From the NCBI GenBank assembly GCA_051745145.1, contig JBNJDT010000010.1:1-52164 (forward strand): a stretch of DNA of 52,164 bases, written 5' to 3'. Each line of letters begins with the position of its first letter. The first letter of the stretch is position 1. The notes below the pieces were generated by a model. The model saw only the letters and a list, made by a program, of their open reading frames with translations, was not told the DNA's origin and ran no database searches. The translations under genes and the position numbers were made by a program. Positions 17,740 through 27,220 of the stretch are shown in pieces. The DNA is from Elusimicrobiota bacterium (lineage in GTDB: Bacteria > CG03 > SLGR01 > JAGXOG01).

Positions 17740-18941
17740 AAAAAATAGTACTGGCATATTCGGGAGGATTGGATACTTCCTGTATTATACCCTGGTTAAA
17801 AGAGAATTATGACGCTGAAATAGTAGCTTTTTGCGCTCTATTGGGAGAGGTTCTGGATACTGACGCTTTAAAAGAAAAAGCAAAGGCAACCGGTGCCGAT
17901 GAATTCTATTTTATGGATTTAAAACAGGAATTTGTGGATGATTACGTATTTCCGGCACTTAAGGTAGGGGCCCGCTATGAAGACAATTATCTTTTAGCTA
18001 CTGCTCTTGCCCGGCCGCTTATAGGAGAAAAATTAGTGGAGATAGCCCATAAAACCGGTGCGGATGCCATAGCTCACGGCTGTACGGGTAAGGGAAATGA
18101 TCAGGTCCGGTTTGAGCTGGCTGCCGCCGCTTTGGATGATAAGCTGGAAGTTATTGCCCCGGTCAGAGTTTGGGATCTCAATTCCAGAAAAGCCGAGATG
18201 GAGTATTTAAAAGAGAGAAATATAGAATTAGAAGAGAAGAGCGGGGGGAAATACAGTATAGATAGAAATTTGTGGGGAATAAGCGTGGAGTGCGGTCAGC
18301 TGGAAGATCCCTGGATGGCACCGCCGGATGACTCCTATATAATTGTAAAACGTCTTCAGGATACCCCCGATACACCTAAAGAAGTGGTAATAGAATTTGA
18401 AGAGGGTATTCCGGTAAGTGTGGACGGAAAAACAATGGGGGGAGTAGAGCTGATAGAGAGTTTAAACCGGACCGGCGGTAATTACGGCGTGGGCAGAGTT
18501 GATATGGTGGAAAACAGGGTTGTCGGTATAAAATCAAGAGAAATTTACGAAGCTCCGGCCGGGACAATTCTGTTTAAGGCTTTAAGAAGTCTTGAAGCTT
18601 TGACCCTGGAAAGAGATCTGCTTCACAATAAACGTAAAATGGCCCTGGAGTATTCCCGGCTGGTTTACGACGGTAAATGGTTCTCGCCCTTAAGGGAATC
18701 CATCCAAAAATTCAGTGAAGGTACGGAAAAGCGATTAACCGGGAAGGTACGGGTGAAGTTGTATAAGGGAAAGGCCACTGTCACGGGAAGAAAATCACCG
18801 CATTCGATGTACTCGGAAAAGCTGGCCACGTATACCGAAAAAGATGCATTCGATCATAAGGCAGCAAAAGGTTTTATAGATTTATGGGGATTGCCCCTTA
18901 AAGTTTGGGGCCGTGCGGGAAGAGAAAAGAATGATTCTTAG
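17736..18941 (+). CDS. argG: Argininosuccinate synthase
   Basis: LAYSGGLDTS, HGCTGKGNDQVRFE, GIKSREIYEAP. Confidence 0.96.
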   Translation: MKKIVLAYSGGLDTSCIIPWLKENYDAEIVAFCALLGEVLDTDALKEKAKATGADEFYFMDLKQEFVDDYVFPALKVGARYEDNYLLATALARPLIGEKLVEIAHKTGADAIAHGCTGKGNDQVRFELAAAALDDKLEVIAPVRVWDLNSRKAEMEYLKERNIELEEKSGGKYSIDRNLWGISVECGQLEDPWMAPPDDSYIIVKRLQDTPDTPKEVVIEFEEGIPVSVDGKTMGGVELIESLNRTGGNYGVGRVDMVENRVVGIKSREIYEAPAGTILFKALRSLEALTLERDLLHNKRKMALEYSRLVYDGKWFSPLRESIQKFSEGTEKRLTGKVRVKLYKGKATVTGRKSPHSMYSEKLATYTEKDAFDHKAAKGFIDLWGLPLKVWGRAGREKNDS

Positions 18942-20247
18942 AAAAGGCAGACTTACCCGGGAAAAACTGGAAAAAATAAGTAGTTTTACTTCTTCTTTAA
19001 AGGAGGACTACCCCCTGGCCGAATATGACATAAAACAGAGCATTGTTCACGCTAAGGCGTTGAGCAAAGCGGGAATTATAACTTCTAAGCAGAAAAAAGA
19101 AATTGTAGAAGGGTTAAAAAAGATAAGAACAAAACTGAAAGAAGACAGCCGGTTTTTTCAAAAATCCGGAAATTACGAAGATATTCACATGGCCATAGAG
19201 GAAAAGCTGGGTAAACTGGGTAAAAAACTTCACGCCGGTAGATCCCGCAATGACCAGGTAGCCTGTGATATGAGGATGTTCGTTATGAATGCGGTGGATG
19301 AGCTTATTCATGGTCTGGAAAATGCAGTGGATACTCTCCGGGAGAGGGATAAAGATGTGGGGGGCGGCAAAATATTAATGCCCGCATTTACTCATCTTCA
19401 GCATGCCCAGGCTGTCGATTTGTCCACTTATCTCGGGGTATTTAGAAACTGGTTTACAAGGGATATCCAGAGGTTAAAAGATTTAAAGAAAAGGGTAAGT
19501 ATCTTGCCCCTGGGATCTGCGGCCGGAGCGTCAACAAATATAAAACTGGATCTTGAATTTATTGCCGGAGAGCTTGGATTTAGGGAGGTAGCCCAAAATT
19601 CAATGGATGCGGTTTCTTCAAGGGATTATATTATGGAGTTTGCCGGAGCGCTGGCGGTAATCGGAGTCCATTTTTCACGGATGGCGGAAGATTTTATTAT
19701 TTATTCCAGCTCGGAATTTTTCTATATTCAGTTTGACCAGTCAATAGCGGATACTTCCTCTATTATGCCCCAGAAAAAGAACCCCGATGTTTTAGAGCTT
19801 ATCCGGGGGTCGGCCGCTCGGTTGATATCGACAGCCAATGAGATAGCTGTATTAATGAAAGGACTGCCTTTAACTTATAACAGAGATATGCAAAATGACA
19901 AGGAGATAATCAGGGCCTCCCGGCTGTGCACTGAAATTGCGGATATAATCCCTGATATTTTAAAAAATATAGAGTTCAATAGGGAAAAAATGGAGGATGA
20001 GGCCAGGTATGGATTTACCGACGCCGCCGATATGGCCGAATATCTGGTTCTAGAGGGTATGGAATTTCGCACGGCCCATGAAAAAGTGGGAAAACTGGTA
20101 AGCCGGGGAATAGAAAAAAATTGTTCAAATCTGTCTGAACTATCTTTAAAAGAGATGAGAGAAGTTATACCCGGTATAAAAGAAGATGTATTTGATTTTA
20201 TAGAAGTGAAGAATGCAGTTTCCCGGAGGTTGCACGATGAAAAGTAA
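18931..20247 (+). CDS. argH: Argininosuccinate lyase
   Basis: EDIH, GRSRNDQVA, THLQHAQ, SSIMPQKKNPD, YNRDMQ. Confidence 0.95.
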   Translation: MILRKGRLTREKLEKISSFTSSLKEDYPLAEYDIKQSIVHAKALSKAGIITSKQKKEIVEGLKKIRTKLKEDSRFFQKSGNYEDIHMAIEEKLGKLGKKLHAGRSRNDQVACDMRMFVMNAVDELIHGLENAVDTLRERDKDVGGGKILMPAFTHLQHAQAVDLSTYLGVFRNWFTRDIQRLKDLKKRVSILPLGSAAGASTNIKLDLEFIAGELGFREVAQNSMDAVSSRDYIMEFAGALAVIGVHFSRMAEDFIIYSSSEFFYIQFDQSIADTSSIMPQKKNPDVLELIRGSAARLISTANEIAVLMKGLPLTYNRDMQNDKEIIRASRLCTEIADIIPDILKNIEFNREKMEDEARYGFTDAADMAEYLVLEGMEFRTAHEKVGKLVSRGIEKNCSNLSELSLKEMREVIPGIKEDVFDFIEVKNAVSRRLHDEK

Positions 20248-21475
20248 TCTTGAGTACAGAAATGACAAATTATTTTTAGAAGATGTAGATCTTGAGTCAT
20301 TGGTTGAAGAATACGGCAGTCCGCTTTATGTTTACAGCGCGGATACTTTAAAAAATAATATAAGAAGTTACAGGGAAGCTTTTGAAGATATATCCCACAT
20401 GATCTGTTATGCGGTTAAGGCTAATTACAACGGCAATATTTTAAAGATTATGTCTGAAGAAGGCGCTGGCGCGGATGTGGTATCCGGCGGAGAACTTTAT
20501 ATGGCTATAAGAGCGGGGATTTCTCCTGAAAAAATTGTATTTGCCGGAGTGGGAAAATCAGAACAGGAGATCAAAACCGCAATAAAAAACAATATTTACA
20601 TGATAAATGTGGAAAGCGAGCAGGAGCTGGAAAAAGTAAATAAAATTGCCCTCGGCGAGGGAAAATCAGCTAAAATATCTCTCAGGATAAATCCGGATAT
20701 TGATCCCAAAACCCATCCTAAAATTGCAACCGGCCTGGAAGAAAGCAAATTCGGTATATCCGGACAGGATGCTGTGAAAGTATATAAGAAAGCTGACCGT
20801 CTGGAAGGTATTGCTGTTAGAGGGGTTCATCTACATATAGGGTCCCAGATTACAGATTTATCCCCTTTTGAATTGTCTGCAAAGGCCGCTGTGGAGTTTG
20901 CCGATAAATTGAAGGCCGAAGGGATTGAGCTGGACTGTCTGGATATAGGGGGCGGATTGGGCATAAGTTATGAAGATCAGGATGTTCCCAGTCCCCGGGA
21001 TATGGCCCGGATTCTTAAAAAATATTTTAAGGATCGCAGTGAAAAACTTATTCTGGAACCGGGAAGATCTCTGGTGGGAAATGCCGGGTTTTTATTAACT
21101 AAAATAAATTATGTAAAAAAACGGGAACAGAAAAATTTTGTGGTAGTTGACGCCGGATTTAATGACTTTTTAAGACCGGCTCTTTACGGAGCTTTTCATG
21201 AGATAAGACCTGTAGAAAAGACCGGTGAAAAATTAACTGCCGATGTGGTCGGTCCGGTTTGTGAAACCGGGGACTACATAGCTTTAGAAAGAGAACTTTC
21301 GGGAGTTAAACAGGGTAATACTTTAGCGGTACTGGATGCGGGAGCTTACGGATTTTCAATGTCTTCAAATTATAACTCCAGGCCCAGGGCCGGTGAATTA
21401 TTAATAGAGGACGGTTCCCCCCGGCTTATCCGGAGGCGGGAAGTTTATAAGGATTTAATAGATACTGAATTATGA
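20237..21475 (+). CDS. lysA: Diaminopimelate decarboxylase
   Basis: YAVKAN, HIGSQI, DIGGG, EPGR, GPVCETGD, SNYNSRP; RBS GGAGGT before ATG at 20237. Confidence 0.96.
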   Translation: MKSNLEYRNDKLFLEDVDLESLVEEYGSPLYVYSADTLKNNIRSYREAFEDISHMICYAVKANYNGNILKIMSEEGAGADVVSGGELYMAIRAGISPEKIVFAGVGKSEQEIKTAIKNNIYMINVESEQELEKVNKIALGEGKSAKISLRINPDIDPKTHPKIATGLEESKFGISGQDAVKVYKKADRLEGIAVRGVHLHIGSQITDLSPFELSAKAAVEFADKLKAEGIELDCLDIGGGLGISYEDQDVPSPRDMARILKKYFKDRSEKLILEPGRSLVGNAGFLLTKINYVKKREQKNFVVVDAGFNDFLRPALYGAFHEIRPVEKTGEKLTADVVGPVCETGDYIALERELSGVKQGNTLAVLDAGAYGFSMSSNYNSRPRAGELLIEDGSPRLIRRREVYKDLIDTEL

Positions 21476-22299
21476 AACTGGAATTTACAAAAATAGAAGC
21501 AACCGGCAATGACTTTATCTTAGTCGATGGACTGGATCCTTCCTGGGAGCTGCCGGAGGGCTGGGAGGATATTGTAGAAAAAATATGTACCCGGAACCGG
21601 GGGGTAGGGGCTGACGGAGTCCTTTTACTGGAAAAAGACAGTTCCGCGGATTTTAAGATGAGAATTTTTAATTCCGACGGCGGAGAAGTGGAAATGTGCG
21701 GTAACGGTGCCCGGTGCGTGGCTTATTATTACAGCCGGAAAACCGGCCGGGAAAACATAAAATTTACAACTTTAGCCGGGTTGATGAGGGCTCAGAAAGG
21801 AAAAGATAATATGGTGAAATTATCTCTGCCCGATCCCCGTGATATCCAGCTGGATATGCTTTTAAATATTGAAGGCCGGGAGCTTAGCGGTTCCTATATT
21901 AATACCGGAGTTCCCCATGTTATTGTGGAGACGAAAAAATTGGATTCGCTGGACGTGGAAAAACTGGGGCGGGGAATAAGATATAATAAAAAATTTGCTC
22001 CGGAGGGGACAAACGCTGATTTTGTCAGTAAAGAAGATGAAAATACTGTTAAGATAAGAACTTACGAACGGGGGGTGGAAGAGGAAACTCTGGCCTGCGG
22101 TACTGGAGTTATTGCCGGGGCGGTGGTAGAAAATTTAAAAGGCAGGGTAGAACCGCCGGTTGAAGTTATTACCCGGGGAGGCGATATTATGAAAGTATAT
22201 TTTAAGAAGAACAAAGATAAGGATTTAATTTCCAGGGTATACAATGTTAAGCTGGAGGGACCGGTGAATATAGTTTACACCGGTACTGTTCGGCTTTGA
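21472..22299 (+). CDS. dapF: Diaminopimelate epimerase
   Basis: GNDF, EMCGNGARC, GVPH, YERGVEEETLACGTG. Confidence 0.95.
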   Translation: MKLEFTKIEATGNDFILVDGLDPSWELPEGWEDIVEKICTRNRGVGADGVLLLEKDSSADFKMRIFNSDGGEVEMCGNGARCVAYYYSRKTGRENIKFTTLAGLMRAQKGKDNMVKLSLPDPRDIQLDMLLNIEGRELSGSYINTGVPHVIVETKKLDSLDVEKLGRGIRYNKKFAPEGTNADFVSKEDENTVKIRTYERGVEEETLACGTGVIAGAVVENLKGRVEPPVEVITRGGDIMKVYFKKNKDKDLISRVYNVKLEGPVNIVYTGTVRL

Positions 22300-22392
22300 T
22301 ATATAATATACCTGGCAGGGATATATATAATTCAGGCATAAAAAAGATTTGTATTGAAATTAATAATTTCTTTTTGAAAAAGGAGGGAAATA

Positions 22393-23268
22393 ATGTTTAA
22401 AGGCTCGTGTGTTGCAATGGTAACTCCGATGGATAATGGGAGTGTAGATTACACCAGGATGAAAGAGTTGATAGAATGGCATATAGATGAGGGCACGGAT
22501 TGTATAGTGCCCTGCGGCTGTACCGGGGAGGCGGCTACTTTGACCCACAGCGAACATAAAAAAGTTATAAAAACCGTGGTAAAACAGGTAAGCGGCCGGA
22601 TTCAGGTTATGGCGGGTACGGGGTCGAATTCTACGCAGGAAACTATAGAGTTAACCAGATACGCCAAAAAAGTCGGGGCCGATGGAGTTTTACTTATTAC
22701 GCCGTATTACAATAAACCCACCCAGGAAGGTCTATACCAGCATTACAAAAAAGTGGCCGAATCAGTGGATATTCCCATATGTCTTTACAATGTTCCCTCG
22801 AGAACCGGCCGGAATATGGAGGCGGATACCGTAAAAAGGCTTTCAAGTATAGAAAATATTATAGCAATAAAAGAGGCTTCCGGAGATATCCAGCAGTGTG
22901 AAAATATAAAACGAATGTGTGGAGACGATATTATTCTGCTCTCCGGGGATGATTCTCTTACATATCCTATGATGTCTGTGGGAGGCGAGGGAGTAGTATC
23001 GGTGCTTGCCAATATAGCTCCCGGGGCGGTACATGATATGACGGACCATTTTCTCAAAGGGGATTGGGAATCGGCTCTTAAAATAAACTATAAATGGATG
23101 CCCATGATGGAAGCCTTATTTTTAGAAACCAATCCCGCGCCCGTAAAAGAAGCGCTGGGAATGATGGGGAAAATTAAACCGGAACTCAGGATGCCTCTGG
23201 TTAATCTTAAAAAGTCCAACAGGGAAAAATTAAGAGAAGTTATGAAACAGGTAGGTCTGGAGGTATAA
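22393..23268 (+). CDS. dapA: 4-hydroxy-tetrahydrodipicolinate synthase
   Basis: GCTGE, GTGSNST, TPYYNKP, YNVPSRTG, IKEASG, TNPAPVK; RBS AGGAGG. Confidence 0.96.
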   Translation: MFKGSCVAMVTPMDNGSVDYTRMKELIEWHIDEGTDCIVPCGCTGEAATLTHSEHKKVIKTVVKQVSGRIQVMAGTGSNSTQETIELTRYAKKVGADGVLLITPYYNKPTQEGLYQHYKKVAESVDIPICLYNVPSRTGRNMEADTVKRLSSIENIIAIKEASGDIQQCENIKRMCGDDIILLSGDDSLTYPMMSVGGEGVVSVLANIAPGAVHDMTDHFLKGDWESALKINYKWMPMMEALFLETNPAPVKEALGMMGKIKPELRMPLVNLKKSNREKLREVMKQVGLEV

Positions 23269-23270
23269 AA

Positions 23271-24035
23271 ATGTTGAAAATCGGCGTATCCGGCGGCAGA
23301 GGAAGAATGGGACAAAAAATAACCGGTTTAATACTGGATAACCCGGATTTAAAGTTATCCGGAGTTTTAGAAAATCCGGATCACGGGGACTGCGGAAAAA
23401 CAATAGACGGAATAAAAGTTTCTTCCGATATAGAAGAGGTAGTAAAAAAATCTGATGTTATGATAGATTTCTCCTCCCCCGAAAATACTTTAAAGGTAGC
23501 TAAAGTATGCTCCGCCGAAAAAGTTAAGCTTGTTATAGGAACTACCGGATTTACTAAAAAGCAGAAAGAAAAAATTAAAAAATATGCTTCGTCCGTGCCT
23601 GTACTTTTAGCTCCCAATATGAGTGTGGGAGTAAATATCATATTTAAAATAGCAAAAGAGATATCCCAAAGTATACCCGGCTATGAGAAAGAAATAGTTG
23701 AAGCCCACCACAATAAAAAGGCGGATGCACCGTCGGGGACGGCTCAAAAATTAGCCGATATAATATCCAAAAAAGAAGACAGACAGGTTTACGGGAGAAA
23801 AGGCCGGGTGGGAGAAAGAGATAAAAACGAAGTGGGAATACACGCTGTCCGGGGAGGAAATATAGTAGGGGAACACACAGTAATGTGGATCGGCCCTCAC
23901 GACAGAATTGAGTTAACCCACAGGGCATCTTCCAGGGGTCTATTTGCCTCCGGAGCGGTCCGGGCGGCTTTGTGGCTGGCCGGTGAGGAAAAAAACCGGC
24001 TGTATTCCATGCAGGATGTCCTTGCCGGTAAATAG
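23271..24035 (+). CDS. dapB: 4-hydroxy-tetrahydrodipicolinate reductase
   Basis: GRMG, GTTGF, NMSVGVN, EAHHNKKADAPSGTA, VGEH. Confidence 0.96.
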   Translation: MLKIGVSGGRGRMGQKITGLILDNPDLKLSGVLENPDHGDCGKTIDGIKVSSDIEEVVKKSDVMIDFSSPENTLKVAKVCSAEKVKLVIGTTGFTKKQKEKIKKYASSVPVLLAPNMSVGVNIIFKIAKEISQSIPGYEKEIVEAHHNKKADAPSGTAQKLADIISKKEDRQVYGRKGRVGERDKNEVGIHAVRGGNIVGEHTVMWIGPHDRIELTHRASSRGLFASGAVRAALWLAGEEKNRLYSMQDVLAGK

Positions 24036-24046
24036 GCCCAAAATTT

Positions 24047-24817
24047 ATGCCCGATAAGTTCGCAAGATTTAAAGACAAAGAAGACAATATCAGATGGGGG
24101 GTTGTTGTTAACCGGACAATCGAAATAATAGACGGGACGCCATTTGGCGATTTTACGAAGACCGGTATAAAAAAAGAGTTACCCGAAATAAATTTAGTTG
24201 CCCCGGTAAAGCCCAAAAAAATTATCTGTGTGGGTTTAAATTACCGGGATCACGCCCGGGAGCTGAATATGGATTTACCCGAATCCCCGCTTATTTTTTT
24301 AAAAGCGTCCTCGTCTTATACCGGACCAAATTCGGATATAATTAAACCCCCGGCCTGCCGGCAGCTGGATTATGAGGCCGAGCTGGCCGCAGTAGTGGGG
24401 AAACAGGGAAAAAATATTGCTGTTGAAGAAGCCGGCAACTTTGTATTGGGATATACCTGTTTTAATGACGTAACGGCCAGGGATATACAGCAAAGAGAAA
24501 GTCAGTGGAGCAGGGCCAAGGGCTACGATACTTTTTCCCCCACGGGTCCGGTAATAGCTACGGGCATATCTACAAACAGTTTAGATATAAAATTGTATTT
24601 AAACGGCAATTTAAAGCAAAATTCCAATACTGAAAATATGATTTTTTCAGTACCCGAAATAGTAAGCTTTGTATCAGAAATTATGACTTTATATCCCGGA
24701 GATATTATTGCCACGGGTACGCCGCCGGGAGTGGGGCCCATGGAGCCGGGTGACAGGGTAGAAATAGAGATAGAACATATAGGAAATTTAAAGAATACAG
24801 TTAGAAAGGAAAAATAA
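24047..24817 (+). CDS. Fumarylacetoacetate hydrolase family protein
   Basis: CVGLNYRDH, DYEAEL, NDVTARD, AKGYDTF, GDIIATGTPPGVG. Confidence 0.92.
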   Translation: MPDKFARFKDKEDNIRWGVVVNRTIEIIDGTPFGDFTKTGIKKELPEINLVAPVKPKKIICVGLNYRDHARELNMDLPESPLIFLKASSSYTGPNSDIIKPPACRQLDYEAELAAVVGKQGKNIAVEEAGNFVLGYTCFNDVTARDIQQRESQWSRAKGYDTFSPTGPVIATGISTNSLDIKLYLNGNLKQNSNTENMIFSVPEIVSFVSEIMTLYPGDIIATGTPPGVGPMEPGDRVEIEIEHIGNLKNTVRKEK

Positions 24818-24818
24818 T

Positions 24819-25979
24819 ATGCATGAATTTTCAGAAAGATTGAATAAATTACCTCCATATCTTTTTATGGAAGTGGACAAGATGAAACAGAAGGCTCTGG
24901 ATGAAGGAGTGGATATAGTGAATTTTGGTGTGGGGGATCCCGATATTCCAACGCCGGAAATTATACGGGAAGAAATGAAAAAAGCGGTGGATAATCCGGA
25001 AAATCACCAGTATCCCCTGGGAAAAGGAAAGAAAAGTTTCAGGGATACTGTAAGTGATTTTATGAAAAAGAGGTACGGGCTAAAATTAAGTCCGGCGACC
25101 CAGATTCAGCCGTTGATTGGCACCAAAGAGGGGATAGCCCATTTCCCGCTTGCGTTTGTAAATCCCGGGGATATAACTCTGGTGACGGAACCGTCGTATC
25201 CGGTTTACAATTCGGGAACTATTTTTGCAGGCGGTGAACCGTATTTTGTTCCCCTGACCGAAGAAAATAATTTTTTACCGGACTGGAATGATGTGCCCGA
25301 GAAAATTTTAAAATTGGCCAAGATACTGTACATAAATTATCCCAATAATCCCACGGGAGCGGTGGCCGGTAAAAACTTTTTTAAAAATACGGTAAATCTG
25401 GCCAAAAAGTACGATATAATAGTATTGCACGATGCGGCCTATAATGAAATTTATTATAAAGAACCGGCCCCCAGTATACTAGAAGTATCCGGGGCAGAGG
25501 ATGTGGCTATAGAGTTTCACTCACTGTCAAAAACTTTCTCAATGACCGGATGGCGTATAGGCTGGGCCTGCGGCAATCCGGAACTTATCGAGGGTTTGGC
25601 TTCCATAAAGGGCAATATAGATTCGGGAGTATTCGGCGCCATTCAGGATGCCGGGACCGTTGCTTTGGAAAATTACGATGAACTCATACATAAAACCAGG
25701 GATACATATAAAAAGAGGGCGGAACTTTTGGCTCGTGGCCTAAGTGGCAACGGGTGGGAAGTTGACGAGCCGGAAGCCACTTTTTATTTGTGGACCAAAC
25801 CCCCGGTTAAGATGGGTTCGGAGCAGGCGGTAAAAAAACTCATAAAAGAGGCGGGCATCGTATGTACGCCGGGGTCGGGATTTGGGGAATCCGGAAAAGG
25901 ATTTGTCAGGTTTGCCCTTACCAGAGATCTGGGCCGTATAAAAGAGGCTCTCAGCAGAATTGAAAAAATTAACTGGTAA
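24819..25979 (+). CDS. dapL: LL-diaminopimelate aminotransferase (class I/II PLP enzyme)
   Basis: LPPYLF, GVGDPD, GTKEGIAH, NYPNNPTG, HSLSKTFSMTGWRIG; dap operon context. Confidence 0.82.
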   Translation: MHEFSERLNKLPPYLFMEVDKMKQKALDEGVDIVNFGVGDPDIPTPEIIREEMKKAVDNPENHQYPLGKGKKSFRDTVSDFMKKRYGLKLSPATQIQPLIGTKEGIAHFPLAFVNPGDITLVTEPSYPVYNSGTIFAGGEPYFVPLTEENNFLPDWNDVPEKILKLAKILYINYPNNPTGAVAGKNFFKNTVNLAKKYDIIVLHDAAYNEIYYKEPAPSILEVSGAEDVAIEFHSLSKTFSMTGWRIGWACGNPELIEGLASIKGNIDSGVFGAIQDAGTVALENYDELIHKTRDTYKKRAELLARGLSGNGWEVDEPEATFYLWTKPPVKMGSEQAVKKLIKEAGIVCTPGSGFGESGKGFVRFALTRDLGRIKEALSRIEKINW

Positions 25980-25993
25980 TTTTAGTAATTTAT

Positions 25994-26023
25994 TTGACTT
26001 TTACCGGCCTAAATTACTATCAT
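25994..26023 (+). promoter_or_regulatory. Candidate sigma70 promoter for folK-gatCAB
   Basis: TTGACT (25994-25999), 18 bp spacer, TATCAT (26018-26023); RBS AAGGAGGT before ATG at 26051. Confidence 0.5.
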
Positions 26024-26050
26024 AATATATAAGTTGTAAAGGAGGTATAA

Positions 26051-26542
26051 ATGGATACTGTAGTACTTTCTCTGGGTTCTAATAAAGGGAATAGAGAAGA
26101 AAATATTAAGCAGGCTGTAGAATTACTGGAAGAAAAATTCGATAAAAAGTTTCAAAAAAGCCCGGTTTACGAAACTCCCCCTCTTTATCACGAGGGTGAT
26201 GAGTATTTTTATAATTGCTGTGTAATTTTTGAATGTGATCACGCCCCCAGGAAAATATTGCATGAGATCCATACCATAGAGAATGAGATGGGCCGTCAGC
26301 GAAAAGAAGCCAACGCTCCCCGGATAATAGATATAGACATTATTTTTATAGATGATAAAGTGGTTGCTGAGGAAGATTTAATTATTCCCCACCCGGATAT
26401 GCACAACAGATTATTTGTCTTACAGCCCCTGGTAGACATAGCGGAAGATTTTGAACATCCTATTATGAATATACCGGCCGCCGTACTGCTTGAGGACTGT
26501 GAGGATTCCAGTAAGATAGAAAAAGTAAAAAATTTCTGGTAA
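26051..26542 (+). CDS. folK: 2-amino-4-hydroxy-6-hydroxymethyldihydropteridine diphosphokinase
   Basis: SLGSNKG, YETPP, PRIIDIDII, IPHP..RLFVLQPL. Confidence 0.95.
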   Translation: MDTVVLSLGSNKGNREENIKQAVELLEEKFDKKFQKSPVYETPPLYHEGDEYFYNCCVIFECDHAPRKILHEIHTIENEMGRQRKEANAPRIIDIDIIFIDDKVVAEEDLIIPHPDMHNRLFVLQPLVDIAEDFEHPIMNIPAAVLLEDCEDSSKIEKVKNFW

Positions 26543-26550
26543 ACGCTGAG

Positions 26551-26928
26551 ATGAAAATTCTGGCTCAGATTATTACAGCGGCTATAGGATTGGAAGGGCT
26601 TGCCCTTTTTTTATTTCCGTCCCTGGGATTAAAGGTAACCCGAAAATTTAACAGTTTTAAGATTATTACCCGTAGATTAATGGGGTTCCTTTGCATTGTA
26701 GCCGGGGGGACATTTTTTTATTTAACCGAGCAGACTGTGACCGGTCCTTTAGTCCACTGGATAGTTGCCGTAACCGGAATATATGCCGCCCTGTGGGGAC
26801 TGGCAATTGCCGTAGCTCCGGGCTATATCGGCAGGTTTATTAAGTGGCTTTACCGAGAAAAAGCAGTAAACATTGTAATGGGTTTTATTTTTTTAGTTAT
26901 AGGCGCGGTATTTTTTCTAAAGATATAG
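26551..26928 (+). CDS. Small membrane protein (two DUF2065-like hairpins)
   Basis: Four hydrophobic helices; LEGL..FLFP...RRLMG motif. Confidence 0.6.
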   Translation: MKILAQIITAAIGLEGLALFLFPSLGLKVTRKFNSFKIITRRLMGFLCIVAGGTFFYLTEQTVTGPLVHWIVAVTGIYAALWGLAIAVAPGYIGRFIKWLYREKAVNIVMGFIFLVIGAVFFLKI

Positions 26929-26938
26929 AAGGTGATTT

Positions 26939-27220
26939 ATGGATCAAAAAGATGTGGAAAAATTAGCTAAGCTCTCCCGCTTAAAATTCAGTAAAAAAGA
27001 GAAAGATAAAATCCCCGGTCAATTGCTTGATATAATTGACTATGTCGATCAATTATCCGAGCTGGATACCACCGATACCCCCCCCATGGGCCAGCCCTTT
27101 ATCAAAAACTTAAAACTGGCCCCCGATAAAGTTGAAAATTCTGAAACCGGGGAGGATATCCGGAAAAACGGTCCGGATTTTGAGGACGGATTCTTTAAAG
27201 TAAAGAAAGTTATAGAATGA
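26939..27220 (+). CDS. gatC: Asp/Glu-tRNA amidotransferase subunit C
   Basis: VEKLAKLSRL..IIDYVDQLSELDT..FFKVKKVIE; upstream of gatA. Confidence 0.92.
   Translation: MDQKDVEKLAKLSRLKFSKKEKDKIPGQLLDIIDYVDQLSELDTTDTPPMGQPFIKNLKLAPDKVENSETGEDIRKNGPDFEDGFFKVKKVIE

Noticed and set aside
22300..22392. Lysine riboswitch or ARG box upstream of dapA
   Set aside because: Spacer too short and AT-rich for a lysine riboswitch; only one ATTCA half-site of an ARG box.
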